From: Lachnospiraceae bacterium
Lineage (GTDB): Bacteria > Bacillota > Clostridia > Lachnospirales > Lachnospiraceae
DNA length: 64,000 nt
Assembly (NCBI GenBank): GCA_045126215.1
Contig: JBGVOD010000051.1
Location: forward strand, 1,615-65,614
Direction of reading: 5' to 3'
The notes under the pieces are model-generated. The model was not told where the DNA came from and searched no databases. It saw only the letters and a program-made list of their open reading frames with translations. Shown here one piece after another: positions 39,901 to 49,262 of the stretch. Both the position numbers and the translations under genes were made by a program. Positions within the stretch are counted from its first letter, which is position 1. Every line of letters begins with the position of its first letter.

Positions 39901-40218
39901 ATGATAGGCAGAACAGTTGCTATTCAAGGTACCATGCAAAGAAGTGGAGAGGAAGCTTCACTCAAGCAGGCACAGGATAATAAATCTTCAGTTAATCAGA
40001 TGAATGCTCAGGTTGCTGCTGAAAAAAATGAGTTACATAAGGCAATTGACGTTGTATCTAAAGAAAATGCAGACTATAATCAGCAAAAGTATGATGCTAA
40101 AGAAAAAGGAAAAAATGAATATTTAGGTACAATGGTAAAGAAGAAAAAAAAGAAAGATGAGGAAGATGGAAAGGTTATCGTTAAAGGAAATTCCGGTAAC
40201 TTTGACATAAAGATTTGA
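39901..40218 (+). CDS. Small Lys/Gln-rich hypothetical protein
   Basis: 105-aa ORF with GAGG RBS, tightly packed between DUF342 and the next gene. I recognise no family. Confidence 0.5.
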   Translation: MIGRTVAIQGTMQRSGEEASLKQAQDNKSSVNQMNAQVAAEKNELHKAIDVVSKENADYNQQKYDAKEKGKNEYLGTMVKKKKKKDEEDGKVIVKGNSGNFDIKI

Positions 40219-40219
40219 T

Positions 40220-40996
40220 ATGGGTGCATTAGAGATATTTTTGATAGTATTTGGATTGATAATAGTCGTTGTGAGTTTCATCTTTGGAGAACAGTTTGGA
40301 AATAGCGATAAAGATACAAAATATGACAATGCAAATATTGCTATGGTTACAAAAGAACTCGTTAGTAAGGAAGTAGAAAGCGAGCTTGCCAATGTAATAG
40401 ATGAAAAAATTGAAAAGGCAGAGGTTGAGTTAGATAAAATTACAAACCAGAAAATCATGGCGTTGGGAGATTATTCCGATGATGTTAATGCAAAAATAAG
40501 CAAAAATCATGATGAAGTAATGTTCTTATATGATATGCTTAGTGACAAGGAAAAAACAATAAAAAATACTGTAAAAGATATTGAGGCACTTAAAGTAAGC
40601 GTTAAGCAGATGGCTATAGCAAACGATTTTGCAAGACAGTCAGCAGGTAAAAAAGGAAAATCAGAAGAAAAAAATACACAAGAGAATATAAAGACTGAAA
40701 ATCAAAGATTAGAGAATCAGACAGAAGAGAATAAATCAGAGGAAAATAAAATAGTACTAAATGACACAGTATTGAATGATAATATTGACAATGTTTCAAA
40801 TACAGATATAAAAACGGAAGATAGTTCAAAAAGCAATAATACATTAGAGGAAAATGGAAGAACTAATAATAATAAAGCTATACTTGACTTATATAATGCA
40901 GGTAAGTCGAATATTGAGATTGCAAAAGAGCTTGGACTTGGAATGGGTGAAGTAAAATTAGTAATTGACTTGTTCAAACTTGGAAAAAATAATTAG
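40220..40996 (+). CDS. Membrane-anchored coiled-coil protein with C-terminal HTH-like segment (SwrB-position protein)
   Basis: N-terminal TM (LEIFLIVFGLIIVVVSFIF), coiled coil, Asn/Glu-rich linker, and C-terminal ILDLYNAGKSNIEIAKELGLGMGEVKLVIDLF. Confidence 0.6.
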   Translation: MGALEIFLIVFGLIIVVVSFIFGEQFGNSDKDTKYDNANIAMVTKELVSKEVESELANVIDEKIEKAEVELDKITNQKIMALGDYSDDVNAKISKNHDEVMFLYDMLSDKEKTIKNTVKDIEALKVSVKQMAIANDFARQSAGKKGKSEEKNTQENIKTENQRLENQTEENKSEENKIVLNDTVLNDNIDNVSNTDIKTEDSSKSNNTLEENGRTNNNKAILDLYNAGKSNIEIAKELGLGMGEVKLVIDLFKLGKNN

Positions 40997-41010
40997 AAAA
41001 GAGAAGAAAG

Positions 41011-41577
41011 ATGAAATTAAAATATTACTTAAGAGGCTTTGGAACAGGTATTCTGTTTGCGACATTAATATTATTTTTCTCGTATTCCTACAATTATTCA
41101 AATGCAAAGATAAAAGAGAAAGCAAAAGAACTTGGTATGGTTGAAACATCAATAGAAAGTGGAACAACTATAGAAGGAAATACAACTGATAAAGATAATA
41201 TAGATAAGCCTGTTGAAACGACTACTGTAGAAGAAGATACAACAATGCAAGATAACACAACGACACAGGAAAATACTACAGTACAGGAAACTACAACGGC
41301 ACAAGAAACTACTACAGTGCAAGAAACTATTATATCACAGGAAACTACAAATAATGGAAATCTGGATAGTAGTACTCAGTTTGAATTTACAATATCAAGG
41401 GGGATGGATTCATCATCTGTTTCAGCACTTTTACAAAGAGCAGGAGCAATTGAAGATGCCAGGGACTTTGATAATTATCTTGTAAATAATGGATATGCGG
41501 AACGTATTAAAGTTGGTAGCTTTAGAATAAATGCGGGAGCAAGCTATAGTGATATAGCTAATCTTATTACAAATTAA
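41011..41577 (+). CDS. Membrane-anchored Thr-rich repeat protein with MltG/YceG-N-like C-terminal domain
   Basis: N-terminal TM, six TTxQET repeats, and C-terminal FTISRGMDSSSVSALLQRAGAI..IKVGSFRINAGASYSDIANLI. Confidence 0.6.
   Translation: MKLKYYLRGFGTGILFATLILFFSYSYNYSNAKIKEKAKELGMVETSIESGTTIEGNTTDKDNIDKPVETTTVEEDTTMQDNTTTQENTTVQETTTAQETTTVQETIISQETTNNGNLDSSTQFEFTISRGMDSSSVSALLQRAGAIEDARDFDNYLVNNGYAERIKVGSFRINAGASYSDIANLITN
41239..41346 (+). repeat. Six in-frame 18-bp tandem repeats (TTxQET)
   Basis: Units start at 41239, 41257, 41275, 41293, 41311 and 41329. Confidence 0.85.
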
Positions 41578-41596
41578 TATAGAATTTTAATATAAT

Positions 41597-41626
41597 AAAA
41601 AAACCCCTTGCATAAGGGGCTTTTTT
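41597..41626 (+). terminator. Rho-independent terminator ending the motility supercluster
   Basis: A-run, cccctt-gcat-aagggg stem-loop, then a T6 run. Confidence 0.88.
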
Positions 41627-41763
41627 ATGTTAAAGTTGTAAGGTCGACTGCGTATGTGCAGTTAGAATACACACATATGGATGAATGGAATGGTGCCATG
41701 CTCGAGGTTCTCCATTTAGATGAAGTATGTGAAAGAAATAATATAAAAACCGGAGGTATTAAA

Positions 41764-42492
41764 ATGAGCGTTATTTCAATGAAACAGTTATTAGAAGCAG
41801 GTGTTCATTTTGGACATCAGACAAGAAGATGGAACCCTAAGATGGCTGAATACATCTACACAGAGAGAAATGGTATTTATATCATTGACTTACAGAAGTC
41901 TGTAGGTAAAGTAGATGAAGCTTACAAGGCAATTTCTGACATCGCTACAGAAGGTGGCACAATCCTTTTTGTTGGTACAAAGAAGCAGGCTCAGGATGCT
42001 ATTAAGTCAGAAGCTGAAAGATGTGGTATGTTCTACGTTAACGAAAGATGGTTAGGTGGTATGCTCACAAACTTCAAGACAATCCAGAGTAGAATTGAAA
42101 GATTAAAAGAAATCGAAACAATGTCAGAAGATGGTACTTTTGATGTTCTTCCAAAGAAGGAAGTTATTGAACTTAAGAAAGAATGGGATAAGCTTGAAAA
42201 GAACCTTGGTGGTATCAAGGAAATGAAGAAACTCCCAGATGCAATTTTCGTAGTAGATCCAAAGAAGGAAAGAATCTGTGTACAGGAAGCTCACTCACTT
42301 GGAATTCCTCTTATCGGTATTGCTGATACAAACTGCGATCCAGAAGAATTAGATTATGTTATCCCAGGAAATGATGATGCAATCAGAGCTGTAAAGCTTA
42401 TCGTTGCAAAGATGGCTGATGCAGTTATCGAAGCTAATCAGGGTGAAACAGCTGAAACAGCAGAAGAAGTTGCTGAAACAGAAGAAGCATAA
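41764..42492 (+). CDS. rpsB: 30S ribosomal protein S2
   Basis: [30 protein letters not shown] 41764 follows the GGAGG RBS; the ORF-track extension from 41608 runs through the upstream terminator. Confidence 0.97.
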   Translation: MSVISMKQLLEAGVHFGHQTRRWNPKMAEYIYTERNGIYIIDLQKSVGKVDEAYKAISDIATEGGTILFVGTKKQAQDAIKSEAERCGMFYVNERWLGGMLTNFKTIQSRIERLKEIETMSEDGTFDVLPKKEVIELKKEWDKLEKNLGGIKEMKKLPDAIFVVDPKKERICVQEAHSLGIPLIGIADTNCDPEELDYVIPGNDDAIRAVKLIVAKMADAVIEANQGETAETAEEVAETEEA

Positions 42493-42525
42493 TTAGATTT
42501 TTATCAGAGTTTTTATGAATTATAT

Positions 42526-42550
42526 TCCGGCGTACATATGCTACGCCGGA
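42526..42550 (+). terminator. Hairpin between rpsB and tsf (weak terminator/attenuator)
   Basis: tccggcgta-catatgc-tacgccgga, followed by a poor T tract. Confidence 0.4.
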
Positions 42551-42661
42551 TACTTTAGAAAATAAGCATATTTTATGTGAAATATATTTATTTACTGAAT
42601 TGTGTTTGATATACGTATTTGTAAATAAAATATTATTATGAAATGAATGGAGGATATTAAC

Positions 42662-43765
42662 ATGGAAATTACAGCAGCTATGGTTAAAGAACTTAGAGAG
42701 ATGACAGGAGCAGGCGTTATGGCTTGCAAAAAAGCATTAGTTGAAACAGACGGTGATTTTGATGCTGCTATCGAATTATTAAGAAAAAAAGGTGAAGCTA
42801 CAGCAGTAAAGAAGGCTTCAAGAATCGCAGCTGAAGGTACAGTACTTGCTATTGTTGAAGGTAACAAGGCAGCTATCGTAGAGGTTAACTCAGAAACAGA
42901 CTTCGTTGCAAAGAACGATAAGTTCAGAACATTTGTTGCAAATATTGCTGAACAGATTCTTTCGTCAGATGCTACAACAGTTGAAGCTTTATCTGAAGAA
43001 AAGTTCATTAAAGATGAATCTAAGACAGTTAAAGAAGAATTAGTTAGTCAGATCGCTGTTATCGGTGAAAATATGACAATCAGAAGATTTGAAAAAGTTG
43101 TTACAGACGGAACTGTAGTTCCATATATCCATGCTGGTGGAAGAATCGGTGTATTAGTTGAAGCTACAACAGCTAATGCTAATGAAGCAGTTAATGAAGC
43201 TCTTAAGAATATTGCTATGCAGATTGCTGCTCTTAATCCAAAGTACACATGCAGAGATGATATTTCGGCTGAAGAAATTGCTAAGTTAAGAGAAATTACA
43301 GTAGAAAGCGCATTAAATGATCCATTTACACTTCCAAAGCCAATCCTTCAGAAGTTAATTGACAAGGCTATTAATGACAAGGTATGGAGTGATGAAGATA
43401 TTGCTATCTACGAAGAAAAGAAGAGCAATATGAACTACTTACCAAACTTCCTTTCAAATGAAGCAAAGAGCTCATTAGCTCAGTTAGCTCTTGATGATAA
43501 AGAAGCTATTGCTGGTGATAAGATTTTTGCTGGTCTTGTTGAAGGTCGTGTATCTAAGCAGCTTAAGGAAATTTGTCTTCTTGATCAGACATATGTTAAG
43601 GCTGAAGATGGTAAGCAGACAGTAGATAAGTACCTTGCTCAGGTTTCTAAGGAATCAGGAATGGAAGTTGCTATTAAGAAGTTCTTAAGATTTGAAACAG
43701 GCGAAGGTCTTGAAAAGAAGAATGAAAACTTTGCAGAAGAAGTTGCAAAGCAGATGGGAAATTAA
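42662..43765 (+). CDS. tsf: Translation elongation factor Ts (unusually long, 367 aa)
   Basis: MEITAAMVKELREMTGAGVMACKKALVETDGDFDAAIELLRKKG UBA-like N-terminus and conserved core motifs (VNSETDFVAKND, ICLLDQTYVK). Confidence 0.96.
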   Translation: MEITAAMVKELREMTGAGVMACKKALVETDGDFDAAIELLRKKGEATAVKKASRIAAEGTVLAIVEGNKAAIVEVNSETDFVAKNDKFRTFVANIAEQILSSDATTVEALSEEKFIKDESKTVKEELVSQIAVIGENMTIRRFEKVVTDGTVVPYIHAGGRIGVLVEATTANANEAVNEALKNIAMQIAALNPKYTCRDDISAEEIAKLREITVESALNDPFTLPKPILQKLIDKAINDKVWSDEDIAIYEEKKSNMNYLPNFLSNEAKSSLAQLALDDKEAIAGDKIFAGLVEGRVSKQLKEICLLDQTYVKAEDGKQTVDKYLAQVSKESGMEVAIKKFLRFETGEGLEKKNENFAEEVAKQMGN

Positions 43766-43802
43766 TCTCATAAGCGAACTGTAAAAAATGAAGCCGCTAA
43801 AT

Positions 43803-43845
43803 ACACGGTTAATGGTGTATTTAGTGGCTTTTTTTACCTCTGGAT
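43803..43845 (+). terminator. Rho-independent terminator after tsf
   Basis: 14-bp stem gccgctaaatacac / gtgtatttagtggc followed by a T7 run. Confidence 0.88.
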
Positions 43846-43902
43846 TGCATTATGCAGTACGACACACAGTATTGTCAACACTGAGAAAAATGACTAAAAT
43901 TA

Positions 43903-43931
43903 TTGATAAAATCGTACGATTTGTATATAAT
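43903..43931 (+). promoter_or_regulatory. Promoter of the TA module with an embedded palindromic operator
   Basis: TTGATA (43903-43908), N17, TATAAT (43926-43931). The spacer contains the perfect 14-bp palindrome AAATCGTACGATTT (43909-43922). Confidence 0.6.
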
Positions 43932-43959
43932 ATATAGTATAAAGAAAGGAAGTGGTTAT

Positions 43960-44175
43960 ATGTCAATTACAGCAACAGAATTGAAAAATAATTTAGGAAA
44001 GTACTTGCTTTTATCAGCAACTGAAGATATTCTTATCACAAAAAATGGCAAAGTAGTGGCTAAATTAGTTAATCCACATCAGAGCAGAGTAGAAACAGCA
44101 AAATCTCTCTTTGGAATTTTACCAAAAGATGCAGATATGGAACAATCTAGAGAAGAAAGGTTGAATGCAGATTAG
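43960..44175 (+). CDS. Phd/YefM-family type II antitoxin
   Basis: 71 aa, MSITATELKNNLGKYLLL..ILITKNGKVVAKLV. Its stop directly abuts the PIN gene ATG. Confidence 0.8.
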   Translation: MSITATELKNNLGKYLLLSATEDILITKNGKVVAKLVNPHQSRVETAKSLFGILPKDADMEQSREERLNAD

Positions 44176-44595
44176 ATGAGAATATTAATTGATACAAATG
44201 TTGTTATTGATGCATTTACATCAAGAGAGCCATGGAATAAGAATGCTGAAAAAATATTTATAATGGCAGCAAATAATAATGTGGATATGAATATTACAGC
44301 TAGTTCTGCCACTGATATTTATTATTTGGTGAGAAAGCATCTGCATAATACAGAAATGGCAAAACAGATTATGGGTAAATTATATTCATTGTCAGGTATT
44401 TTAGATGTTACAGAGTCTGATTGTGTGGAGGCATTAGCTTCTTCAGTTAGTGATTATGAAGATGCTGTTATAGAACAGGTGGCAAAAAGGTCAGGTATTG
44501 ATTATATTGTTACTCGTAATCAAAATGATTACAAAGAAGGTATAATGAAAGTGATGTTACCAGAAGAATTTATTAAACTAATGGAACAATTATAA
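44176..44595 (+). CDS. PIN-domain ribonuclease toxin (VapC-like)
   Basis: MRILIDTNVVIDA.. with acidic residues in PIN-typical positions (D6, DYEDA, TRNxxD). Confidence 0.8.
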   Translation: MRILIDTNVVIDAFTSREPWNKNAEKIFIMAANNNVDMNITASSATDIYYLVRKHLHNTEMAKQIMGKLYSLSGILDVTESDCVEALASSVSDYEDAVIEQVAKRSGIDYIVTRNQNDYKEGIMKVMLPEEFIKLMEQL

Positions 44596-44617
44596 ATAAA
44601 CCATAGGAGGAATAGTT

Positions 44618-46063
44618 GTGGGTGCCGTAAGCGAAAATAATATTATTGAATTAAAACACATTACGAAATCTTTTGATGATGGCTTTAAGGCTGTTGATGA
44701 TTTTAATCTTACTATACAGAAAGGTGAGTTTGTAACTTTTTTGGGACCATCAGGATGTGGTAAAACTACAACACTTAGAATGATTGCAGGTTTTGAAATC
44801 CCAACAGAAGGTGAGATTTTGCTTGGGGGAAAGGAAATAAGCACACTTCCACCAAATAAAAGACCTATAAATACTGTGTTTCAAAGATATGCATTGTTTC
44901 CACATTTAAATATATTTGACAATATTGCATTTGGTTTGAAGTTAAAGAAATTACCAAAGCAGGAGATTGAGAAAAAAGTTAAGAAGGCACTTGAAATAGT
45001 AGATTTGGAAGGCTTTGAGAAAAGAAAAATATCTACATTGTCAGGTGGACAGCAGCAAAGAATTGCTATTGCCAGAGCAATTGTTAATGAGCCGGAAATA
45101 CTTTTACTCGATGAACCGCTAGGTGCACTTGACTTAAAGATGCGAAAAGAAATGCAGATTGAACTTAAGAATATGCATGAAAGATTAGGTATTACTTTTA
45201 TATACGTAACACATGATCAGGAAGAAGCTCTTACAATGTCAGATAAAATTGTTGTTATGTCGGAAGGAAAAATACAGCAGATTGGTACACCGGAAGATAT
45301 ATATAATGAGCCAAAGAATGCTTTTGTTGCAGATTTTATTGGAGAAAGTAATGTGTTTAATGGTGTAATGACAGGTGAGAAAAAAGTTAGATTCTGTGGA
45401 CACGATTTTGATTGCCTTGATGACGTTGAACACGGAACAATGATTGATGCTGTAGTTCGTCCTGAAGATATTATAATAACAACACCTGAAAATGGAATGA
45501 TTACAGGAGAGGTTGTATCTGTTGTATTTAAGGGTGTGCATTATGAGATAGTTATAATGTCAGGAAAGAATGAAATTGTGGTGCAGTCAACAAAGAAAGC
45601 TGATATTGGCAAAGAGGTTGGAATGATTATTGAACCTGATGGTATTCATGTAATGATAGCTGAAAATATTATTAATAAGATTGAATCTGTAGTAAATAAG
45701 CATTGGAAACTCGAGTTTATGAATGGAGAACTTGAATGTGATTTTACAAAAGTTATCTCAGGTTCAAAATATGGTGATGATATGAGGCTATATGATACTC
45801 ACGGTGATGAAATAGATTACGAAAAAGTAAAGGTGATTATTTCTGTTAAACCTGAAGATATAAAGATGAGTGATAATGAGGATGAAGGTGATATAAATGG
45901 AAGAATTATATCATTGATATATAAAGGAGATCATTATAGCTATGTAGTTAGAACTGATGAAGATTTTGATATAGTTGTAGATGATGAAGACCTTTGGAAT
46001 ATGGATGATTATATAAGTCTTATTATACCAAAAGATAAATTAAGTTATCAGTTAAAAAAGTAG
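44618..46063 (+). CDS. potA: Spermidine/putrescine ABC transporter ATPase PotA (with extra C-terminal domain)
   Basis: Walker [10 protein letters not shown], signature LSGGQQQR, Walker B LLLDEP. It has a TOBE-like domain and then about 110 further residues resembling a second TOBE-like unit. Confidence 0.88.
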   Translation: MGAVSENNIIELKHITKSFDDGFKAVDDFNLTIQKGEFVTFLGPSGCGKTTTLRMIAGFEIPTEGEILLGGKEISTLPPNKRPINTVFQRYALFPHLNIFDNIAFGLKLKKLPKQEIEKKVKKALEIVDLEGFEKRKISTLSGGQQQRIAIARAIVNEPEILLLDEPLGALDLKMRKEMQIELKNMHERLGITFIYVTHDQEEALTMSDKIVVMSEGKIQQIGTPEDIYNEPKNAFVADFIGESNVFNGVMTGEKKVRFCGHDFDCLDDVEHGTMIDAVVRPEDIIITTPENGMITGEVVSVVFKGVHYEIVIMSGKNEIVVQSTKKADIGKEVGMIIEPDGIHVMIAENIINKIESVVNKHWKLEFMNGELECDFTKVISGSKYGDDMRLYDTHGDEIDYEKVKVIISVKPEDIKMSDNEDEGDINGRIISLIYKGDHYSYVVRTDEDFDIVVDDEDLWNMDDYISLIIPKDKLSYQLKK

Positions 46064-46079
46064 TTGGAGGGCCATAAGT

Positions 46080-46874
46080 ATGAGTTTTCGTTTTAATAGA
46101 AAACAGCTTTGCATACCATATGGTTTATTCCTTGTATGCTTTGTTGTTGCCCCTCTTTTAGTGATTTGCTATTATGCATTTACAAATGGTGAGGGACAGT
46201 TTACACTAAACAATTTTATTGGATTTTTCACAAGTCCAAACACTATAGGAACCCTTGTGTATAGTTTTGCCATAGCAATAACAACTACCGTGGTATGTGT
46301 GTTACTTGCTTATCCTATTGCATATATTCTTGCTAGAAGTAATTTGAAATATAAGTCAACAATAGTTATGATATTTGTATTGCCTATGTGGATTAACTTT
46401 ACACTTCGTATAACTGCATTAAAAGAGATACTTACAATGATAGAGGGAAATCTTGCATTTCATCCATTTCTTAACTCAGTTATAGGTATGACATATGATT
46501 TTCTTCCCTTTATGATATTGCCAATGTATACAACATTATTAAAACTTGATAATAGTTTGTTGGAGGCTTCTGCAGATTTAGGAGCAAGTCCATATAAAAC
46601 ATTTATTAAAGTTACATTGCCACTATCTTTACCGGGAATTGTAAGTGGAATTGTTATGGTATTTTTACCATCCATGACAAACTATGTTGTTTTAGATATG
46701 TTATATAACAGCACATATATTATGGGTAGCCTTATTGGAAGTTATTTTAGTGCAAATGATTGGCATAATGGATCAATGATAGCACTCATATTACTTGTGA
46801 TAATTCTTTTGTTTACCATATTTACAAATAAATATGATGACGAATCTGAGAACAGAGGAGGTGCATTGTTATAA
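46080..46874 (+). CDS. potB: Spermidine/putrescine ABC transporter permease PotB
   Basis: EAA loop LEASADLGASPYKTFIKVTLP. Confidence 0.88.
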   Translation: MSFRFNRKQLCIPYGLFLVCFVVAPLLVICYYAFTNGEGQFTLNNFIGFFTSPNTIGTLVYSFAIAITTTVVCVLLAYPIAYILARSNLKYKSTIVMIFVLPMWINFTLRITALKEILTMIEGNLAFHPFLNSVIGMTYDFLPFMILPMYTTLLKLDNSLLEASADLGASPYKTFIKVTLPLSLPGIVSGIVMVFLPSMTNYVVLDMLYNSTYIMGSLIGSYFSANDWHNGSMIALILLVIILLFTIFTNKYDDESENRGGALL

Positions 46875-47659
46875 TGAAAAAAATAGCAAAAATCCTATTT
46901 CTGTGTTTGATGATTTTGATTATGTATTTGCCAATATTGATTTTGGCAGTTTATAGCTTTACAGACTCAACTAATATTGGTGCTATAAGAGGATTTTCTC
47001 TTGAAAATTATAAAACTCTTTTTACAACACCAGAACTTAGAGATATGATAATTGGTACAGTTCTGCTGGCATTAGGTACTGCGATTATATCTACAATATT
47101 GGGAAGTCTTGGAGCCATTGGAGCTTTTTATTCAAAGAAAGTTGTAAAAACATCGATTGATGCCATGAATCATATTCCTGTTGTAAATGCTGATGTTGTG
47201 ACAGGTTTCTCTATATGTATTTTACTCATTGTTTTACTCGGAATGGATAAAAACACATATTTTCCATTGGTTGTGGGACATGTTGTTTTGTCAGTACCTT
47301 TTGTGTATTTATCAGTTGTTCCAAAGCTCAAACAGCTTGACAGCAGTTTATATGAGGCGGCAATGGATTTAGGAGCATCACCATTTCAGGCACTTATTAA
47401 GGTGGTTATACCACAGATTATGTCGGGTATTGTTTCAGGATTTGCACTTGCAATAACATTGTCTTTAGATGATTATTTTATCGCAAGTTATACAAAACCT
47501 GCGACATTTGATACTATAAGCACATATGTTGTAAATGCAACAAAAGGTTCACAGACTGATATAAAGACGGCTCTATGGGCACTTTCGACAATTATATTTG
47601 TAGTTGTAATTCTGGTTGTACTCGGCATGAACTTAAAGAGTTTTAAGAAAGAAAAGTAG
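46874..47659 (+). CDS. potC: Spermidine/putrescine ABC transporter permease PotC
   Basis: EAA loop YEAAMDLGASPFQALIKVVIP. Confidence 0.88.
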   Translation: MKKIAKILFLCLMILIMYLPILILAVYSFTDSTNIGAIRGFSLENYKTLFTTPELRDMIIGTVLLALGTAIISTILGSLGAIGAFYSKKVVKTSIDAMNHIPVVNADVVTGFSICILLIVLLGMDKNTYFPLVVGHVVLSVPFVYLSVVPKLKQLDSSLYEAAMDLGASPFQALIKVVIPQIMSGIVSGFALAITLSLDDYFIASYTKPATFDTISTYVVNATKGSQTDIKTALWALSTIIFVVVILVVLGMNLKSFKKEK

Positions 47660-47667
47660 GTGATGAT

Positions 47668-49170
47668 ATGAGAAGTATAAAAAAATATTTAAATAAGGCA
47701 TTTATCGTGATGCTTTCTACATCAATATTATCATTATCATTTAATATGGGACTCCTTGAAGATACAGTTTTTGCAAAAGATGATGTAATAAAGCTTAGTA
47801 TATGTAACTGGGAGGAATATATTGACCTTGGGGATTGGGATGAAGAAGAGGCAATATATCTGGGAGATGATACAGTTATATATGGCGAGAACTCAATGGT
47901 TGAAGACTTTGAACAATGGTACTATGAAGAATATGGACAAAGAGTTGAGGTAGAATATTCCTGCTTTGGAACAAATGAAGATTTATACAGTCAGCTTAAA
48001 ATGGGAGATACATATGATTTAGTATGTCCATCTGATTATATGATAATGAAGCTGATGGCTGAGGATATGTTGACACCTTTTTCTGAAGAGTTCTTTGATG
48101 AAAGTATAGAAAATAACTATTATGTTAGGGGTGTATCACCATATATTCGAGAAGTTTTTGATGAAAACCAGATTAACGGTGAGAGTTGGAGTAAATATAC
48201 TGCCGGATATATGTGGGGAATAACAGGTGTATTATATAATCCTGAGTATATGACAGATGAAGAAGCATCAACATGGACGGTATTTTCCAATGAAAAATTC
48301 AATAGACAGATTACGCTTAAAGATAATGTCAGAGATACATACTTTGCAGCTATGGGAATCTTAAGAAGAAATGATCTTATGGACGAAAATTTTAGAAAGG
48401 CTCCTGATTACAATGAAAAACTTACAGAGATTATGAATGATGTAAGTGAAGAAAACATAGCAAAGATAGAGACATTGTTGCAGGATGTAATGACTAATGT
48501 TTATTCATTGGAAACAGATAGTGGAAAAGCAGATATGATTACTGGAAAGATTGTTGCAAATTATCAGTGGTCAGGTGATGCTGTTTATGCTATTAATGAA
48601 GCTGAAGAAGATGATGTGTATCTTAAGTTTGTAGCGCCAAGAGAATGTACAAACCTTTGGTTTGATGGTTGGGTGATGTTAAAGAACTCAATTAATAATG
48701 ATGAAAAAAAGCAACAGGCAGCAGAGGCTTTTGTAAATTTTGTTTCAAGACCTGATAATGCAGTAAGAAATATGTATTATATTGGCTATACATCTGTAAT
48801 TGCAGGAGAGGACAGCACAGTTTTTGATTATCTGACAGACTGTTATGGAGCAGAAGATGAAGATGAGGCTATTCCTTATCCTGTAGGATATTTCTTTGTG
48901 GGAGATGATAGTGATGAAGACTATATTGTTTATACAACAAAAGATCAGGTTGACAGACAATTGTATGCACAGTATCCTTCAAGGGAAGTTATAAATAGGG
49001 CTGTTGTAATGAGCTATTTTAATGAAGAGGAAACAAGAAATATAAATCAAATGTGGATTAATATTAGATGTTTCAATATAAAAGATATACCTGTCTGGGT
49101 ATGGGGCGTTATTGCCGGCTCTATACTGATTTTATGTATATATATTTTCATTAGGAAAAATAAAAATTAG
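47668..49170 (+). CDS. potD: Polyamine-type extracellular solute-binding protein PotD-like, with C-terminal TM anchor
   Basis: N-terminal signal/anchor, SBP_bac_1/8-like body (WEEYID..YDLVCPSDYMI), and a terminal hydrophobic helix VWVWGVIAGSILILCIYIFI. Confidence 0.75.
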   Translation: MRSIKKYLNKAFIVMLSTSILSLSFNMGLLEDTVFAKDDVIKLSICNWEEYIDLGDWDEEEAIYLGDDTVIYGENSMVEDFEQWYYEEYGQRVEVEYSCFGTNEDLYSQLKMGDTYDLVCPSDYMIMKLMAEDMLTPFSEEFFDESIENNYYVRGVSPYIREVFDENQINGESWSKYTAGYMWGITGVLYNPEYMTDEEASTWTVFSNEKFNRQITLKDNVRDTYFAAMGILRRNDLMDENFRKAPDYNEKLTEIMNDVSEENIAKIETLLQDVMTNVYSLETDSGKADMITGKIVANYQWSGDAVYAINEAEEDDVYLKFVAPRECTNLWFDGWVMLKNSINNDEKKQQAAEAFVNFVSRPDNAVRNMYYIGYTSVIAGEDSTVFDYLTDCYGAEDEDEAIPYPVGYFFVGDDSDEDYIVYTTKDQVDRQLYAQYPSREVINRAVVMSYFNEEETRNINQMWINIRCFNIKDIPVWVWGVIAGSILILCIYIFIRKNKN

Positions 49171-49201
49171 AACATAAAAAAATATAAAATATACAAGTTG
49201 A

Positions 49202-49230
49202 TTGAATTATTTATACATGTTTGGTATAAT
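49202..49230 (+). promoter_or_regulatory. Extended -10 promoter candidate for the zinc-ribbon/DUF4234 gene
   Basis: TTGAAT (49202-49207), N17 ending in TGg, TATAAT (49225-49230). Confidence 0.55.
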
Positions 49231-49262
49231 GAACCAAAATATATATTACGGAGGTTAAAGTT

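Noticed and set aside
41608-41763. ORF-track extension of rpsB upstream to 41608
   Set aside because: The extension starts at a TTG inside the loop/stem of the terminator at 41597-41626. The canonical S2 N-terminus ([19 protein letters not shown]) begins at 41764 behind a GGAGG RBS.
41627-41763. Ribosomal-protein S2 autoregulatory leader upstream of rpsB
   Set aside because: Some hairpin potential exists (about 41682-41722). However, I could identify neither a convincing promoter nor a known S2-leader motif by eye, so there is not enough support for a call.
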